Source: Eukaryota sp. GEM-RC1
Lineage: Eukaryota
Length of the DNA stretch: 64,000 nt
Direction of reading: 5' to 3'
Assembly: GCA_040285855.1 (NCBI GenBank)
Contig: JAUFOQ010000010.1
Location: forward strand, 744,001-808,000
Made by a program: the position numbers and the translations under genes. Below, piece by piece: positions 60,403-64,000 of this stretch. The notes beneath the pieces are model-generated. The model did no database searches and was not told the DNA's origin. It saw only the letters and a program-made list of their open reading frames with translations. Within the stretch, counting starts at the first letter, position 1. Each line of letters starts with the position of its first letter.

Positions 60403-62308
60403 AACCCAATGAAAAATAACCTGAAATAATCTACTCTCCCTTTGGTTTATACAAAGAAATAGTTGTTTGGAAAGTTTTAGAACTTATCAGTTGTGGTTTG
60501 ACAATCCTTGTGCTCATTGTGCTTTGGTCAATGATATCAGGTACTCTTTTTGTGTGAGAAAATCAATTATACAAGGAACTTTCAACACCACACTAACGAT
60601 AAATCTTTAAGCTTTTGTCCTCGCATACACTATATTGTCCAATTTCGACAGGAGATAGAAAAACTTACATCAACAGCTTAAAATATCACTCGAAACTAAG
60701 AGTATTACAACGTACCGCAGTATGGAATGAGGTTGCAAAACAGTCTTGTAGTTATTCCACTTTTGTACAATAGTTGTGACAGTCCTTGTTCTATTGAAGT
60801 CTAGTAGCCGCTGTGAAAAGTACATCTATGCATTTGGTATATTTTCAAAAAGGCGTTTCGTTCGACTTCGTAGTAAACTTAGTACCATTACTAATTTGAA
60901 GAGAGAAATACTTCAAGTTTAGGCTCTTGCAATTGAAAATTCTCTCTGTAAAATGATTTTATTACAGTAATGATTTATTGACGGCACTGTCCTTCTATTG
61001 AAAAAAGCTTCTTTTCCAAACTTCTTTTCATCCAATTGAAATCATTGTATATAATTATTTGAGCTTTGCTATCAAAGTTTTTTTAAAAACGGTTTAGTGT
61101 GTGTTAAAATACAAAATTAAAAAAACGTTTACAGTTCATGGAATAAAACACGTTACGTGTTTTTGTATCGACTGACAAATCAATGTTACATTATGTACTA
61201 CTGTCAATTACATATCCCACAACAGTCTCACAGACCTTTTTGAATAAATAAATGTTTTTCATCTTATCTTTCAGTTCTAACGTACAAGTTTCATCCACCA
61301 CAGCTAGACACCAACTGGACTTTTCACCGATAGAAACTACCAGTTCCACTCCTTACCATTCATTCAATAATCTCAAATGTCCTGAAGGTGTTCTTGTCGG
61401 TCTTTCCTCGATAGAGAAAAATAGAAATCAGATTTGATAGTATTGACCTGAAGGACCATTCAAACACCCCAAAAACGGTCTTCTTCCTGTTGATCCACAA
61501 GTCTGTCATTCAACAACAATAGCTCTTATTTCATCCCCAGGGTATCCACAATTCTCCTTTGAGTATCAGCACAGATACCATTTGCTCGTGGTTGAGGACA
61601 TGGTCAACTGCTGAAGTGTCTAAGCAGAAGTTTTTTTCCGTTTTTCGTCAAGACTCATCCTGAAAGTATAATTCCTACTGTTTATGGAGTTTTTAATGCA
61701 GAGATTTGCATCAATCACAATGAATTTAGTCAGGGTTAAGAAACTATAGAGCCAACAAAATCCAAGGTCCGATCTTTTGTCATGACTTACTAGACTTTTG
61801 AACCCCCTTTGTAACTCACAGGGGTTTCTGGATAGTGATGTTGAAAGTCATTGGAACATTACTTACGACAGTGTTGAACAGCTACCAAAGATGACATGAT
61901 AGTCAAACTTCTTTGCAAACTGACTGCATATTACGAACTTCAACTAACTGTGGAAATGGAGTTGTATCTGCTTGACATAATTAAATTCTTAAAACAGTTA
62001 TACACTTGGATTATACTTGAAATTGATTAATCGAAACCAACGGCTGACCAAATGATTGTAGTCATTGAGAATCTTTGAGCTCAATCTTTGGTACAAGATG
62101 ACATCAGATTTTGATATACACAAGAAACAAAAGCTGAAAAATGAAACAATAACAATATCTCCAGCAACACTGATAGAGCTGAATCCAAATTTGTATGATA
62201 TCGACGTTAAAACATGGGAAAAGTGGGTAGCTATGTTTGCAAAAAACAACACAGTAGCCTCCATTGGACCTCCAGTACTACTGAAAGATCTCTAACAGCA
62301 GTCTAGGT

Positions 62309-63490
62309 CAGTGATCGTCAAACCGTAAAATAAAAATATGGTACGGTACCAACTAATGCTTTCCGTAAAATAGAGTTTGCCGTAAAATACGGAAATTATT
62401 TACGGTAAAACATTTCCGTAAAATATGTATTTTTCCGTAAACAATGCCAAGACGATCCAAACATGATGGTCTTCTTAAACACTTCTTTACGAAGCTGGCA
62501 GACCCTACACAGCCTCCTAGGAACCATACTGTAATCTCTTCTGACTGCTGCAGGTGCAAGTCCTATCAACCCATTTTTGTCACTTGGCTTAAGAATGGAA
62601 AGGGATACACCAATCTTCTGTACCATGCCAAAGCAGATCATTTTCATGAGTATCTTAGTTTTGAATCTGCGGAACATCCAGAAAATATTGCTCAATTTAA
62701 TGTGCCAATTCTCTCGAAAAAATCCTCGGAATCTCACCGGGTAGATAGAGCTCTATACAGAAACCCAGGAGTCTTTGGCTTTTGTCAAAAATCCAACAGT
62801 ACGCAAACACATGAAATTAGAACCCATCTGTGTGAATACACTCAAGAAATATGTACAATTGGTGTACTCCTAAGCGATTTGGTATACTTTTTGATGGATG
62901 GAAACACGGCCCCTCCTCCACCGAATTTGTGGCTATTTTTGCATGCGCTCCCAATGAACTTGACCCCATTCTTCTGGGTTTTCTTCCTTTTGAATTGGAG
63001 CCAGAACAGAACGATGCTATCATTCCTACTTCAACTATTATGTTAGGTGTATCTAACTATTACGACTTGATAGTCACTATTCTAACTGCATTTTCACGAA
63101 AAGCTGAAGACGTGTTGTTTATTGTGGGTGATCATACATCAGTCAACAAAGCTCTTGCAGTCCGTTTCGGTGTTCCAATGATTGGCTGTTACAGTCATCA
63201 GTGAAGATAATTATTGATTCCAATCAACGTCTTATTGACCAAATTACTCTCCTGTTTAGTAGACTCCGCCACGTAAAGAACTCGATGATACTAAGAACAA
63301 AAACAGATCAAAAACCCGTTAAAGGAAACGTAACAAGATGGAGTAGCACTTACATACTGCTCAAAAGGTATTTACAATTTTCTGACCTTAAAGTCTTCGA
63401 TGTCTTTGACATAGATGTAAGATTACTCTTACCTACCAACCAATGTCGAAGAAGACACCTTATCAAACTTAGTAAAGACTCTTGAGACCG
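62309..63490 (+). mobile_element. hAT transposon with a frameshifted, 3'-truncated transposase
   Basis: BED-finger-like CCRC...GYTNLLYHAKADH; ILFDGWK, IVGDHTSVNKALA, MIGCYSH, NVTRWSSTYILLKRY; ccgtaaaa subterminal repeats; flanking direct repeat gtctaggt. Confidence 0.85.
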
Positions 63491-64000
63491 GTCTAGGTGA
63501 TGAGTTAGTGTTTAAACAGACATATGTTGTAGCTCAACAAATCTCACAGGACCTCAGCTTACAAGAATCCTTACTTATCATGATTGATTTAAAAACTGCT
63601 GAAATCAATTCAGAAAATTAAAAAAGTAAACTATGTATATTAATAATGTCAGCTAGACTGCAGGTAACCAGAAAAAGTATCTGCACACGATCAAAAATGA
63701 CACCTGAAGCAGTGAAGAACAGAAAACGCGGCTGGAGCTCTGCATCTATCACCTCAAAATTCAATTCAGTATAAGTAACTTTAACAAAGTATTGGTTAAT
63801 AAATAATTAGTGCTACTAGTAGTTTAAACCAAAATATAGAACATTTGTTACAGAAGAGTTACAGAAGATGAAGAGAGGTTGAAACAAGTTTTGTGTAGAA
63901 AGGAAAAATAAGGGGGGAATTCTCACAAAATGAAAAACATTGAAGTGGTAAGTATTTCTCTCAACACCAACTAGAATCATTAAACAAATGGTTGAATAAA

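Overview
AT-rich, gene-sparse and transposon-dense eukaryotic DNA, read in the standard genetic code, with almost no introns (one 31-nt candidate). It comes from a flagellated or ciliated organism, since it carries IFT122; a protist is likely but I cannot assign a taxon. Host genes: (1) IFT122; (2) an MSP-domain/coiled-coil/protein-kinase fusion; (3) two paralogous RING(-B-box) TRIM-like genes in a local segmental duplication; (4) at least 8 members of an expanded family with a conserved, unnamed N-terminal domain followed by 28-aa RNI/NLRC3-type LRRs. Mobile DNA: a decayed chromodomain-bearing Ty3/Gypsy element, several CRE-like non-LTR fragments, hAT, pogo/Tc1 and Mutator-like non-autonomous elements, and a hAT transposase remnant. 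The duplication provides internal empty-site controls for two notable structures. The first is a 6-kb array of 7 gag-only units sharing eight 91-bp LTRs within one GTAT target-site duplication; 6 of the 7 Gags stop at or before the codon just ahead of the zinc knuckle. The second is an LRR gene bracketed by two pogo-like MITEs and inserted as a block at a TA site. Many ORFs are broken by single-base indels in homopolymers, probably long-read errors, so pseudogene calls are provisional. All homology calls are from motif recognition, not database searches.
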